A stretch of DNA of 64,000 nucleotides from Glaucostegus cemiculus (Eukaryota), in contig CDPCPM010000344.1 in assembly GCA_976551045.1 (NCBI GenBank), positions 11,284,001 through 11,348,000 of the forward strand. Reading direction: 5' to 3'. Of this stretch, positions 26,114-38,458 are shown one piece after another. The notes under the pieces were generated by a model. The model was not told where the DNA came from. It did not search any database and saw nothing but the letters and a program-made list of their open reading frames with translations. Positions within the stretch are counted from its first letter, which is position 1; the number at the start of each line of letters is the position of its first letter. The position numbers and the translations under genes were made by a program.

Positions 26114-26268
26114 TGTGGTGGGATATGGTGGTGTTGACATGGCAACCCAGTCTTTGTTTACATTTAAAAGCCCCGCGGAGATGCCTGTTGTGTGCCTCAA
26201 GCATTTGCTGGATGTGCTGTTTGCTGGGCTACAGGATGGGACTGTTGCAGTGTACACCAGGTCTGCCG
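26114..26268 (+). CDS. ARHGEF10L: ARHGEF10L coding exon 6 in window
   Basis: tttttctttccag|T; (S)VVGYGGVDMATQSLFTFKSPAEMPVVCLKHLLDVLFAGLQDGTVAVYTRSA; donor G|gtaagg; 155 nt, phase 2 to 1. Confidence 0.92.
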
Positions 26269-26299
26269 GTAAGGATAATGCACAATATCCCTTCCTGCG

Positions 26300-27435
26300 T
26301 ACAGCTGTAGAATGGTACAGCACAGAAACAGGCTCAGCACATCTGTGCTGACCGTGATGCCAATCTAACTCGTCCCGTCTGTGTGCACGTGGTCTGAACC
26401 CTTCTCCTCTGCCTGTTCATACTGTATGTCTGTCTTAATGCCTCTTAAACATTGCTATTGTATCTGTTTCTACCACTTCCCCTGGTAGTGAGTTCCAGGC
26501 ACTCACCCCTCTCTGTGTAAATAAAACAAAACTTGCCTTGAAAGTCTCCTTTAAACTTTCCCACTCTCGCCTTAAACCCATGCCCTTTTAGTATTTGTCA
26601 TTTCCAACTTGAGGTGGGAGGAAGACTCTTAACTATCCACACTATCTATACCTCTCCTAACTTAATACACTTCTATCAGGTTGCCCCTCAGCCTCCAACA
26701 CTCCTGAGAAAACAATCCAAGTTTGTCCAACTTCTTCATATGACTAATACTCTCCTTCTTGACGAACCTTCACTGCACCCCCTCCAAAGTCTCCACATTG
26801 TCCTTGTAGTCTGGTGACCAGAACTGTACACAATATTCCTCCAAATGCAGCCTAACTAAAGTCTTAGACAATTGCAATGTGACTTCCCAACTTTTATAAT
26901 CAGTACCCCAAGTGATGAAGGCAAGCATTTTGTACACCTTTACCATCCTATCTACAAGCGTTGTTACTTTCAGGGATCTATGAAATTGCCCCTAAGATCC
27001 TTGTGTACACCAATGCGCCATAGGGTTTTGCCATTCACTATATATTTCTTGCATTTGACCTCCCAAAATGCCATACTTCACACTTGCCTGGATTAAGCTC
27101 CACTTGCTGTTCCTTCACCTAAATTTGCAATTGACTTGTATCCTGCTCTATCCTTTGACAATTTTCTTCATTATCCACAACTCTACTGATTTTTGTTTTC
27201 TGCAAAATTACTCATCAGACCACCGATGTTTTCACCCTGATTATCTATATTCATCACAAACAACAGAGGTCCCAGTACTGATCCCTGGGGAACACCACTG
27301 GTCACAGACCTCCAGTCAGAGAAACTCTCCTCCACCACTACCCTCTGTTTTCTATGACCAAGCCAACTTACCAACTCACTGTGGATCCCATGTGACTTAA
27401 TCTTCTGGACCAGCCCACCAGTCAAGTGCTTTACT
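26300..27435 (-). mobile_element. CR1 LINE RT 3' fragment, decayed
   Basis: Minus ORF RKQRVVVEESFSDWRSVTSGVPQGSVLGPLLFVMNIDN...SNFA; the 3' end lies ~30 bp from the exon donor. Confidence 0.85.
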
Positions 27436-28272
27436 GACTTTTGTTTTGATTTTTGACCAAGCATTTCTCCTGATTGCTTTGCGCCAACAATTTAAAAGGT
27501 GATATCAGGTTCGAGCAAAATGGTCATTGTGGATAGAGAGTTGGGATGGTCTTTGTGACAGCTACTGTCCATTTTCAAACTGGAGACCCTGTAGTCTCGA
27601 AGGTGCTCACAGAGCAGGTTTGCCAAAATAGATTTCTTGTCCCTTCTGCAACCTCACCTTTGGAGTTGTAATCACTGGTGAAGTGTATGGATTCACTGCA
27701 GGTGCACTTGGCTACTTTTAGATCCTTGCATGGAATGACTCTGGACCAAAGGCAATTCCTGTATGGTTAACCTACATAAGGGACTGTGGGTTATAATTGG
27801 GTGTCTACAAGGGCAATGTAATTTAGCTTTTTTAATATAGATTTCCCAATCTATAGTGATTTTAAAAGTTATATTGAGGTAGATTTCATTTTGGGTTGAC
27901 TCTGAATTGGGTCCACTTTACAACTACAGTTTGAGAGAGACGGGAAATGCTGGACATCCTCTGGATTCTTTCCATGAATCTTAATTACCAGACCTGGATC
28001 CAGGTCACCAGGTTGGTAGAGGACATTGGTCTCCTGAATATGAAGCAATAGTCCCACTTGGCTTGGTGAATGTGCTGATAAATCTCTGAAGATCTTTGTA
28101 TGGATCAACGTACGTCAGAGCATCGTTAGCACAATGAGATCGAATTGGTGGATTTGGTACTGGATTGGAGAATATTTGTTTTTGAGGTCTAATAGTTTGG
28201 TTTGTTGAAATTGCTCTGTGAATTGCATCCTGCTTGAATTCTTCCTTCATTTTCCTTATTTCCATTTTTCAG

Positions 28273-28415
28273 AGGGAAGCTGGGAATGGGATTCTCCCAG
28301 ATCTGTAAAAGTTGGTTCGGCTCCGATCCTTTCACTCCTGGCGGTGGACGATATGATGTGGGCTGGCTGTGGGAATCGCGTCACTCTGATCGACGCCAAT
28401 TGCTTCACTACACGG
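28273..28415 (+). CDS. ARHGEF10L: ARHGEF10L coding exon 7 in window
   Basis: ccatttttcag|AG; (E)GSWEWDSPRSVKVGSAPILSLLAVDDMMWAGCGNRVTLIDANCFTTR; donor CGG|gtatga; 143 nt, phase 1 to 0. Confidence 0.92.
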
Positions 28416-28729
28416 GTATGAGCACTGGTATTGCTGCCAGGTCATGAGCCTCCTTCCCCTTGAAGCTTTTAGCTACATCAAAGGATCAAATTAGTGCGAC
28501 CTAGATTCCTCCTTTCTATTGTAGGTGTTTGATCTAAAATCAAATTCTCTTAAGCCTAACTTGTCTTGAATAAAAAGCCAAATTTGTACATAGAATAAGG
28601 CTATTCAGCACGTTAGGATCACAGGGAAACAATTGGTTTCATTCTCTTCATTTTCCTGTACCATTGCTACCTATTCTCCCTCACATGTGTCCATCAACTA
28701 TTCCCTTGATTCTTTCGACCTACATGATG

Positions 28730-28920
28730 GCAATTTACACTGACCATTTAATCTATCAGTACTTCTTTGGGACGTGGGAGGAAACTGGAGCACTCTGAGG
28801 AAACCCACATGCTCACAAAGAACATATGCAAACTGCACAGACAGCACCTGGGGTCAGGATCAAACTCGGTCACTGGAACTTTGAGGCAGCAGCGCTAACT
28901 GCTTTGCCATTGTGTTGTCC
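28730..28920 (-). mobile_element. tRNA-derived SINE (V-SINE/HE1-like)
   Basis: ctttgggacgtgggaggaaactggagcactctgaggaaacccac core, tRNA-like head. Confidence 0.65.
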
Positions 28921-31204
28921 ACGACTCATAATAACAATTCATTTAAATGGCCATGTTATTTTCTCAGTCATGGTTAATCCTGATACCTTGAACCTAATCA
29001 GACATGTGGAGGCCTTTATTTACAATGATACACTCAGGTAGTAAACACAACCAATATAAATTAAAGTATGGACAGAGGTATCTGACCACCATATTGCAAA
29101 GGCTACATCTTTGAACTTGCTGTAAGGTGTTAACCAGTTATTTGTGTTTTATAATATTAACAAGGAACAGGCTTAAATTCTTTGCATTTTTACCAGTGCT
29201 GCATTCTTGTTTACCTTTTTCAATGATGGCGTAAAGGTTAAGGAATCTTTGGTTGAAATGATGCTCTCTTTAACAAATGGGTCAACAGTAGTCCTGATTT
29301 GCCCGTAAATGCAATAAGAATAGGTCAGTAGAACTTGCACCTAGTGGATTTTGCTACGTGAATTGTCTTGTTGACATTCATAATCAAAGTGAATTGTTAA
29401 GACTCTTTGTGCAGGTCTCCTGGTGATAGCGAGCTGTTATTCAAAAATCAAAGAAACTGCAGATACTGGAAATCTGAAATAAAAATAGAAAATTCTGGAA
29501 ATTCGGGCAGTATCTGTGGAAAGAGAAACAGAGTTAGAGTTAAACAGAGACCCTTCCTCTGCTATGGTGAGCGGTAGTTTGGAGTCGCCAATTTTCAATG
29601 AACTGTCTCCATTCTCCAGTCAACACCAGCAGTCGTCAACCTTCAGTGTGCTAATGATGCTTTAATGTATGTTAACCCATACAAAGACCTTCAGAGATTT
29701 ATCAACACATCTACTAAGGCAAAATGTGCTGTCAAAGCTGACCCAGATGCTTGCGATAATGCCAGTAAGATTGATGAAAGGGCGAGTGAAGATTTAATGG
29801 ATAAAATGGCAATAACAAAGGAAGAAAGGATTTCTATAATCTTAAGGACTTGTTAGGGAGTGTTGGAAATTGATGACTTCAAACTGATGAGTGAAGACTG
29901 TAAGAAGGTGGTAGAGTGTGTAGGATGGTGTGTTTGCAACTTGGAACACAAAGGAAAAATTCAGAGTTCAGACTGCTATCAGAACAGAGAGTAAAAGTGG
30001 GGAAGAGAGAACAGAATGTGCACATTATTTTATTTGATCAATCTACTACTGAAATATCTGTTGCCGGCATTGAAACAAAAATGTGCACCTACTGCAGACA
30101 TGACTGTTCCCAACTAGTGTACCAAAAACCCTTTGTTGGTCCGCTCAATAGTTGCCTTCCCTGACAGACAGTAAAACCTTAGCACAGCTGGAGCCGTAAA
30201 CTCATCTCCTTGACGATATAGGACAATTTAAAAATGCATTTTTTAAATGATATAATCTCTTAAGACTTTGCAAAAAAACATTAAAAATTCATATTAGCTA
30301 TGAGAAGCTTGAGCCATTTGCATTACAAAGTGGGCAGGAGAGTGTGCTGCAGAAAATGATCTTTGATTAATTTCTGTGAGAATATTTTATGAAAGCCACA
30401 TGAAGCAAAAGTGGATTTAGATGCTCCCACAAGCAGCAATAGAATTAACTAGCAGATGTTGCTTTCTGCTCTAGCACCAGAGTATCGAGGCAGCTCCTTT
30501 TGACACAAAGCATGCTCTTATTCATTCGACCTTAAAGGGGCACTGTTGTCTTACTTGGAAGACTTTGATATGCAGCGTAGTTCTTCGGTGCCCGTGGACT
30601 TAGCAACAACAGCAATTTCTATATTAGAAAAATCCATTAAACCTTAGTCTTTTGCCTTATTCTTCAATTCCTTCATTTTCCAGCAATGCCCCACATTACC
30701 CCTTGAATTCATTTTTATGCTTCAATGACCTCCCAAACACAGTTCTATTGCCTTTGAGGAGAAATAAATTCTGCCAGACTTTTCTTAAATTTTTGATTTG
30801 CATCTACTGGGATTTGAACCACATATAATGCAATAAACTGATCTCTGCTCATGCAGTTTTATATACAGAAGGCAGGGGAGTATATCTTTTCCTCTTGCCA
30901 CATTTCCCCTCTTGGCATTTTGAAACTCTTTCTGAGGATTGTTTATATTAGCCTCTATGCTCTCTCCCCCTGGAAATTCCTGTCAAATGTACTATGCTAC
31001 CAACAACCTTACTTTTTTGCTTGCTGCCAAACTGTCCTTCCCAGGAAGGACTGAACACAATAATTACACAGTAAAGTCGATGTGAATGAAATGCTGCCAG
31101 TTCTTCTGTTTGGGGCAGGGAACTTGCCATACTCCCCTACAGAAGGGAAAAAGTAATGTTGTTATCCTCGCTGCATGCAGTTCTATGCAGAATGATAATA
31201 GAAG

Positions 31205-31590
31205 GACTGCATTTGTATAGCCCCGTTCACAATCTTGGGACATCCTGAATTACTTTGTTGCCAAGGATGTATGAATGTAATGTAAAGAATGCAACTCTCA
31301 CAAATAGCCTTGAAATAAATGACTTATTTGTGTCTTTAGAGGTCAATTGAGGAATAACTATTGGCCAGGAAACTGAAGGATAACACCCTTGATCATATAA
31401 CAGTAATGTGGGATGTTTTCATGCACTTGTGTGGGGAGACTAGGGCCTTGCTGTGATAATTCATCCATTTTTTGACAGTGAAGCAGTCCTTCATTACTTC
31501 AGTTGTATGCAAGTTTCTGGAAGGGATTTTGAGCCCATAACCTTCTGCCAGGATTAGAGTACCATCACTGTGTGATAACACTAATCTGCA
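31205..31590. mobile_element. Old DeuSINE (SacSINE1/AmnSINE-like) remnant
   Basis: catttgtatagccccgttcacaatcttgggacatcc...ttgaggaataactattggccagga; related decayed copy at ~57545-57680. Confidence 0.45.
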
Positions 31591-33545
31591 ACAGATACTT
31601 ACTGAATGCTGTTGCCAACATTATCTCAGTTGCTCCTTTCAAACCACAAGTTACCTGATTTATAGAACTAATTTTTGACTCAAACTTGCATTTGATTTTT
31701 AACCTAATTTGCTTTTCCTTAGCATAAAATGATGTAGTTTGGGATTAATTGAGGTTGGATAACATCAAGAGCAATTTGCCTCTGTGCGTGAAGCTGAAGA
31801 TAAGGGAGAGAGGGTATTCTTGATTTCAGCTGGTTTATTTCAGTATGCCTCTTATTCTCTAGGAACTGGATGTACTGTATCAGTGAAAGCATCTGTCAGC
31901 AGTGAACCAAAAGAATTAGTTATGCTTGCAAGGCTGACTTTGCTATTCCGTCATCTTTGTATAAATTTTTTTTAAAAATCAGAATAGTTCTTCATAGAGT
32001 TGGCAGGATTTGACAGTCTTGGCTATAAATTCTAAATGTGTGTGTGTAAATTCTTATTTGTGTGTGTCTATATGTTGTCATCTCCACTGCTCATTTGAAC
32101 ACTGATTCTTACTGAGTATGATTCTTATTGAGGATGGTCTTAACAGTACTGATTGCCTTTGTGTTGCTCAGAAAAGGATGCTTGTCAAGTCTAAATGAAT
32201 GGCAAGAAACCTGTTCTGGTGTTCAGGGCATCACAGTAAGCTTAGTCCTATCCCTCTTGGTAGTTGTTTCCAGCTATGGGCCAGCAATAGCAAGTGGGAA
32301 TGATGGCTGACTCTGCTTCCAACCCAAGGATGCTGTGGCCAATCTTATATCCTTGGAGGTACCACGATTAAGTGGAGAAAGCTTCATGTATGTGAAAGCA
32401 TGCAACAGGGACCTTCGAGAAATGTGCACTCAACACATCGAGCAGTGCAAGTGTCACAGATCTGTTTGGGGGTATCTTGAATGTGCTTGTGTTATATGGA
32501 GTTTGTTTCGCATTCAGTAATTATTCTCATTGATTTTCTTTTAAATTATAAAAGCTTTGTCCATGAAGCATTGTTGCCAATTACAGTAATGTTCATGTTA
32601 CTTCTGAAGTAAATGAATGCATTACTGTTTTATGTTGTAGTCGATGGCCAATCTGCCAGTTTTACAAAAAGAATAGGGTTGTGGTGTGCATGTGATTGAA
32701 TAGACTCTGCATTAGAATATGGGTAGGAAGACCTGATTTAAATTGGAAGGTAACATTTGAGGATATTAATCGGCTCTGAGTTTGCCATTACAAAGCTGTG
32801 CTAACTCAATCACTCATGGCACCTATTAATGAAGACTCTGGGATGAACTGCCTTTCTATTGATTGGGCAAGTTTTCCATTTTTCTCTGCCAAGGACTTGG
32901 GAATTGGTACTTTTTGTCCTCTAGATTGTATTGTGTTTAGGCCACTTAAGTAATTGGTTCGTGTAGAGGAACCTAATGGGATACCTCACTGTTTGCCCAC
33001 TTGTCTTCTGTCTGCACTTTGCCTGTGATCTCCATCCTTGTGCAATTAGCCCATTCAACTTGTCGGAGTTCTGTCAGAGATATTTATCTTCAGGTGAAAC
33101 TGGATGCTTTCGTTTTGACCATTTAAATCTGGTCGAGACAGTTTAAGTTAATTTCCTCTCCCCTGTTTGTGAGTAAACTGCACACTGTTCACTTAGCTTG
33201 TCTTATTCCAATCCTTGAAGTCACACAACAAAATTGCCTGAATTGAACAATCTCACACCCAGAGAGATATGACTGATAAGGTTGGAGAAGGAAAATGTAC
33301 AGGACAATCCTCTTCGGGAATAGGGCAGTATAGGGAAAACTTTTCCCTACAACTAATTGAGTTGCATCTAACCCAGGAGATTTTGATGCTGTTCCTGTAT
33401 ACTCCGTAAGATGCAAACTCTGGACAATGTAACCATAACAGTTCAACTATGATTCATTATCGTAGACTCATTGCTCAACATGCTATACCAATGGCTTTCT
33501 TTATTGCCTCGCCCAAGATAGTGGGCATGCTCCAAACTTAACACA

Positions 33546-33844
33546 GATATAAGATAAGATATCTTTATTAGTCACATCTACATGAAAATACTCAGTGAAA
33601 TGCATCTTTACGTAGCATGTTCTGGGGGCAGACCGCAAGTGTCACCACTCTTCTGGAGCCAACTTAACATGCCCGCAACTTCCTAACCTGTACGTCTTTG
33701 GAATGTGGGAGAAAACCGGAGCACCCGGAGGAAACCCACGCAGACACAGGGAGAACATACAAACTCTTTACAGGCAGTGGCGGGAATTGAACCCGGGTCA
33801 TTGGCACTGTAATAGTGTTATGCTAACCGCTACACTACCGTGCC
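33546..33844 (-). mobile_element. Well-preserved tRNA-derived SINE with (CTTAT)n tail
   Basis: Minus strand ggcacggTAGTGTAGCGGttagc (box A)...GGTTCAATTCC (box B)...gggtttcctccgggtgctccggttttctcccacattccaaagacg; tail ataagataagat on the + strand. Confidence 0.8.
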
Positions 33845-34724
33845 TGTAGTAAAGAGGAAGCAAGCAAATGTAGAAATACAGTGTAAAAAAATAACAGCCC
33901 AAGGTAAGCAATGAACTGTCCTTTGCTTGCCATGTAAGACCTAGTTGAGTTTGCCTGTCAGGGCTTTGCTCTGGCTTAATCTGTTGGCTGTCCGAACCTA
34001 TTGGGAATGAGCAGCAGCCAGGGGTCACTGCCAGTGACTGGAACAATCTAAATGGAGAGTTAACTTTCCCCAGAGTCTCAGAAAGGCACTCCAGCTCTCT
34101 CAGCCCCAGAAGTGTAAAGCTTATCCAATCAATGCTTGGTGCCCACGGTTACGATGGTAGCCAAGCTACAATTACATTCAGAGGCCAAGCTGCATTATTG
34201 GAGAATTCCACCTGTGAAGAGCAGGTTAGCGTGAAGCTCTGTGTGACCAGTGCTGGACGGCAGCAGGAGATTTCACTGCCCGTTGTCCAAAGCTAAACCA
34301 GTGATTTGTGTGTCTGGGGTAAAAAGACACTTTATTCATCTTTGCTTGCTGGTGCTAAAGCATATGGCAGAGTATCAGCTAGGCATTGCACCATCCTCTG
34401 ACTTCAGTGGAACTAATCATTGGCAGGGCAGTGCCGTGCCCACTGATACTTTAACTCCCATTTAGCAATAGCAGTCTAGGATGACATTCTGTGTTTCTGC
34501 CTGAAGTCGATAAACTTAGATGAAATGTTGAAATGAATAACAATGGGGGGTCCTCTTTCTAATTTTCAGTTTCTCTAAAAATTAAAATTATCTGGCTTTG
34601 AATGGCTTTGAAAACAGTTAAGTGGGTGGGTGGGTGATGTAGTGGAAACTTCCTCAGCTGTGTGCACTGAATGCATGATACAGTAATGGAGAACTTGGTT
34701 TCTGAAAATCATTTTATTTTCTTC

Positions 34725-35003
34725 CCACTGTGATTAAAACTATTGAACGGTTCCCTTATGCAATGAGATGGATTATTACCTCATGATCTACCTGGTTGTG
34801 ACCTTGCATCTTATTGCATTGCACTTTCTCTGTAGCTGTGACACTTTACTCTGTACTGTTATTGTTTTTACCTGTACTACATCAATGCACTCTGTACTAA
34901 CTCAGTGTAACTGCACTGTGTAATGAATTGACCTGTACGATTGGTTTGTAAAACAAGCTTTTCACTGGACCTTGGTACAAGTGACAATAATAAACCAATA
35001 CCA
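34725..35003 (+). mobile_element. Non-LTR retrotransposon 3' tail (Rex1/L2-type)
   Basis: Same tail as 8870-9065, ending gtgacaataataaaccaatacca. Confidence 0.65.
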
Positions 35004-35167
35004 AGAAACTGAATTTTAGAAGCAGAGTTCAATGTGCTTGTATTCCCATAACTGTGTGATTTGGGCTTGTAACAAATGACTGATTTCTACCCCCATGGGG
35101 TTTCTCTAGTTGTTAATGAAAGCTGCCCCTTCTTCCCCCCCCACTCCCCCCACTACTGTTTTGGCAG

Positions 35168-35339
35168 TGTTTGGATGCCCATCCCGATGAAGACATGAAT
35201 GTGACCCACATGATGAAGGCTGGCGGTGGGGTGTGGATGGCCTTTTCTGCAGGATCCTCGATCCGATTATTTCACACGGAAACCCTGGAACATCTGCAGG
35301 AAATCAATGTCGTTCCACGCAATGCCCTCTTCACCCCAG
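35168..35339 (+). CDS. ARHGEF10L: ARHGEF10L coding exon 8 in window
   Basis: ttttggcag|TGT; [57 protein letters not shown] ([12 protein letters not shown] motif of the ARHGEF10/10L family); donor G|gtaaaa; 172 nt, phase 0 to 1. Confidence 0.93.
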
Positions 35340-35454
35340 GTAAAAAGTTCATCTTTGTGCTCCATACCCAAGGTTTGGTTGTTGTACGCCGGCCTTTCTT
35401 TTTTGGACGTCATGCGCAACTTATCGTTCGAACTCGAGCGTTCTTCCTGTGACG

Positions 35455-35860
35455 GCGCAGGTTTCCCTGGGTGCTCTGGTTTCCTTCCACATCCCAAAGA
35501 TGTGCGGGTTAGTAGGTTAATTGTCTACTGCAAATTAGCCCTAGTGTAGGTTGCTAGCAGGAGAATTAGTGGGGTTATTACTTTAAGTTTATTGTCATGG
35601 GCATACATATCTAGGGTATAAATGCCCTGAACATGAGCTTTTTGCAGCAGCAGTGCAGTACAAGTCAAACGTAACTTGCATAAGCATAAATTAACATAAA
35701 TTATACATGCACAACAAAATAAACAAGTACATTAGTACAAGTTGAACAAAATACAGTTTGAGGTATAATAGCATGGGAGAGAGGATGAATTGTGGGGGAA
35801 TGGGATTGATGAGATTGCTCTGCTCTGAGAGCTGGCAAAGACTTGATGGGGCAGATGTCA
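35455..35860 (+). mobile_element. SINE 3' part interrupted by an antisense Rex1-like tail (~35578-35765)
   Basis: ggtttccctgggtgctctggtttccttccacatcccaaagatgtgcgggttagtaggttaat core; insert tttattgtcat...tgcagcagca is the reverse complement of the tail at 25330-25405. Confidence 0.55.
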
Positions 35861-36329
35861 TAAGGACATATGAAAAATAAAATGAATCCAGTCTAGCTTG
35901 CAGTAATTGTGACGCAAAACTAAAAATATTTACAATCTGCTTGTTAAAGTTCTTGGGTTCAAATGGAATTTAATGTTTCCAGTGTTTTTTTCTCCCCTCT
36001 GCAATTTTATCTCAGTTTAGGAACTGCATTTACAGCTGTATCATCCAAAGCAGAAGGGCTGATCAAATAGTTTTTGGATCGAAACTGTTCTCCCTGTCAC
36101 TTGCTAAACCATATCGTACAGTAGTCACAGATGTGCTGAATGTGGAGTGTGACCATGCAAGTCTCTGAGATGGTGATGGGTTGGGAAAAATGTAGTGGGA
36201 CAGGAGGAATTCTTAGAGGGGTCACAGGAGGAGGGACTGCTGGGAATCAGCAGACACACTGGGTTGTATGACGGCCTCCTATGTTGTTAGAAAATATAAA
36301 ATCTATGAGTAGGAAAGATGAAGTATCAT

Positions 36330-36625
36330 CGGGTGGTGCAGTGGCACAGCTATTGCCTGATGACTGTAGTGACCTGTGTTTGATTCTGGTCTTTGCTGCT
36401 GTCTTTGTGGAGTTTGCACGTTCTCCCTCAGACTATGGGTTTCACCCAGGTGCGCCACTTTCCTCCCGTATCCTAAAGTCATGCTAGTTGGTAGGTTAAT
36501 TGTCCACTGTAAAATACCCCTAATGTAAATGATGGTAGGAGAAATAATAGGATGGGAATGGAACTAATGGCATTGTTCTGAGTGGAAGCATGAACTCAGT
36601 GGGCTGAATGGCCTCCTGTGTCATG
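36330..36625 (+). mobile_element. tRNA-derived SINE (V-SINE/HE1-like)
   Basis: ggtggtgcagtggcacagc...gtggagtttgcacgttctccc...ttcctcccgtatcctaaag...ggtaggttaatt. Confidence 0.65.
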
Positions 36626-36677
36626 GGAAAACAATTCCAGTCTCCAACCCCAATATAAATTACAGTACAATCTGAAG

Positions 36678-36920
36678 GTATGCATGGTAGTGTAGTGGTT
36701 AGCGTGACGCTTTTACAGCGCCAGCAAATGGGGTTCAAATATCGTTGCTGTCTGTAAGGAGTTTTATGTTCTCCCCGTGTCTGCATGGGTTTCCTCCAGG
36801 TGCTGCGGTTTCCCCCCACATTTCAAAGACGTATGGGTAGGTTAACATGGGTTTAAATGGGCGGCATATTCTCGCTGGGTCAGAAGGGCCTGTTACCATG
36901 CTGTATAAATAAAGTTTTAA
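36678..36920 (+). mobile_element. tRNA-derived SINE
   Basis: catggtagtgtagtggttagc (box A), gggttcaaat (box B-like); same family as 33546-33844 but in the opposite orientation. Confidence 0.75.
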
Positions 36921-37299
36921 AAACATGCATTTTATTATATATTTGCATTGACTGGTTAATAATATGTCTCTGAATCTGAATAACCAAGGTTTCTGGTAAT
37001 TCAGAGAGATATATTATCTCATAATCATGAGACACCAATTGAGAAAAAGGGTCAGATTTGCTTAATTGGCTGGGGAGGCTGGCTAAATATGTTTTGAATC
37101 TTCAGAGTTAAAATGTCTTCCGATCACTATTCTATAACAAAGTTTATTACTACTTGAAGAATCTGTAATTGGATCAAGGACTGAAGAAGTCCACAGGGAG
37201 AACATTGTGTTCAATAGATCTATCTGAGTATTGAGAACAAACAACAGAGAACTACTAAATCTTCCTTCTGCTTTAAATGTGTCTGAGTCAGTCTGTATT

Positions 37300-37576
37300 A
37301 ATTGTGTATCTTTAATATTCTTTTTTTTGGTTTTTGAAATTTTTTGTTTGATTTGATATATTGTTTATAATTTTTCTTATTGATTTGTGGATTTCTTTCT
37401 TTTTTATACATATAATAAGTCTTTCTCTTTTATATTATATTCATTTACTAAGAGATCATTGGATCTACAGATTTATGATTATGATTGTTCTCCTGATCTC
37501 TATTATATGTACAAACATTGTTATATATTAATCTGTATTAATTTGAAAACTAATAAAAAGATTGAAAAAGAAAGAG
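37300..37576 (+). mobile_element. AT-rich retroposon (L1-like) 3' tail
   Basis: T-rich tract ending aaactAATAAAaagattgaaaaagaaagag (poly(A) signal + A-rich tail), ~30 bp upstream of an exon acceptor. Confidence 0.5.
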
Positions 37577-37607
37577 AATTGTGTATCTTTCTGTTTCTCC
37601 TGTCTAG

Positions 37608-37730
37608 GCCAAAAGAACATTTTGGTGACGTGTTTGCTGGTTTGCCAAGGAATGCTGTGGGTTGGAACCAATCAAGGAATTTTAATTACTTTACCAGTAC
37701 CGAAACTTGAAGGAATTCCAAAAGTAACAG
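37608..37730 (+). CDS. ARHGEF10L: ARHGEF10L coding exon 9 in window
   Basis: ctcctgtctag|GC; (G)[40 protein letters not shown]; donor G|gtaaaa; 123 nt, phase 1 to 1. Confidence 0.94.
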
Positions 37731-38458
37731 GTAAAAACTTCTTTCTAATTCATACTCTCATAATTTTGTACTTTTTTAAAATCCAAGATGAGCCTTGTTG
37801 GAGTGGTAGACAGAACAAAGAAGGGGCAACATAGTTACTCAACAGCAAGAAAATAAAGGAGAGCTAATCTTGTGAATCAGCACCATAGGAGATAAAATGA
37901 GCCTTGTGCTCAGCAGGTGAGGAACATCTGGAGAGTGAGGCACAGAGTCAAATGTTACAGTTCAATAACCTTTTACAAAATGAAGAAAATAGAAATTTGA
38001 TCCAACATCACACGTGACATCACTTGGCACCTGACAGGTTCAAATTCTAAAAGAACGAGCTTAACAAAAGTCAGTGCTTTTTGGTTGTAGCAATGAATGT
38101 TGTTTGGATTGAGGGATAAACGCAGTTTAAAGTACATTGTTGGGCAGTGTAAATGTTTGAAATCAGTTCTAACATTGCCTGGTTGGGAGCAGTTTTATCT
38201 TCCAGCTAATCTGCATCATTCTGGGTTTGATGGCATATTGAGGAAGATGCAGGGAGGTTTGCTGCAGCTGATCTACCTCATATTAAGATACTACTTTAAA
38301 TGATATGCCATCCTTTTGTCTTGACTTTTAAACTGACCTTGGCATGATTGTAGCCAACTTCATAGAATGGGGACGTTGGGAGAAGTGAGATTGAGGCAGT
38401 TTTGCATTGTATCTTTGTTCATTTTGCCAATAAATTACAGTGCTTTATCTTTTCAAAG

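Noticed and set aside
33740-33844. Possible tRNA gene (box A and box B present)
   Set aside because: It continues into a SINE core and tail and has several diverged copies; it is a SINE head, not a tRNA
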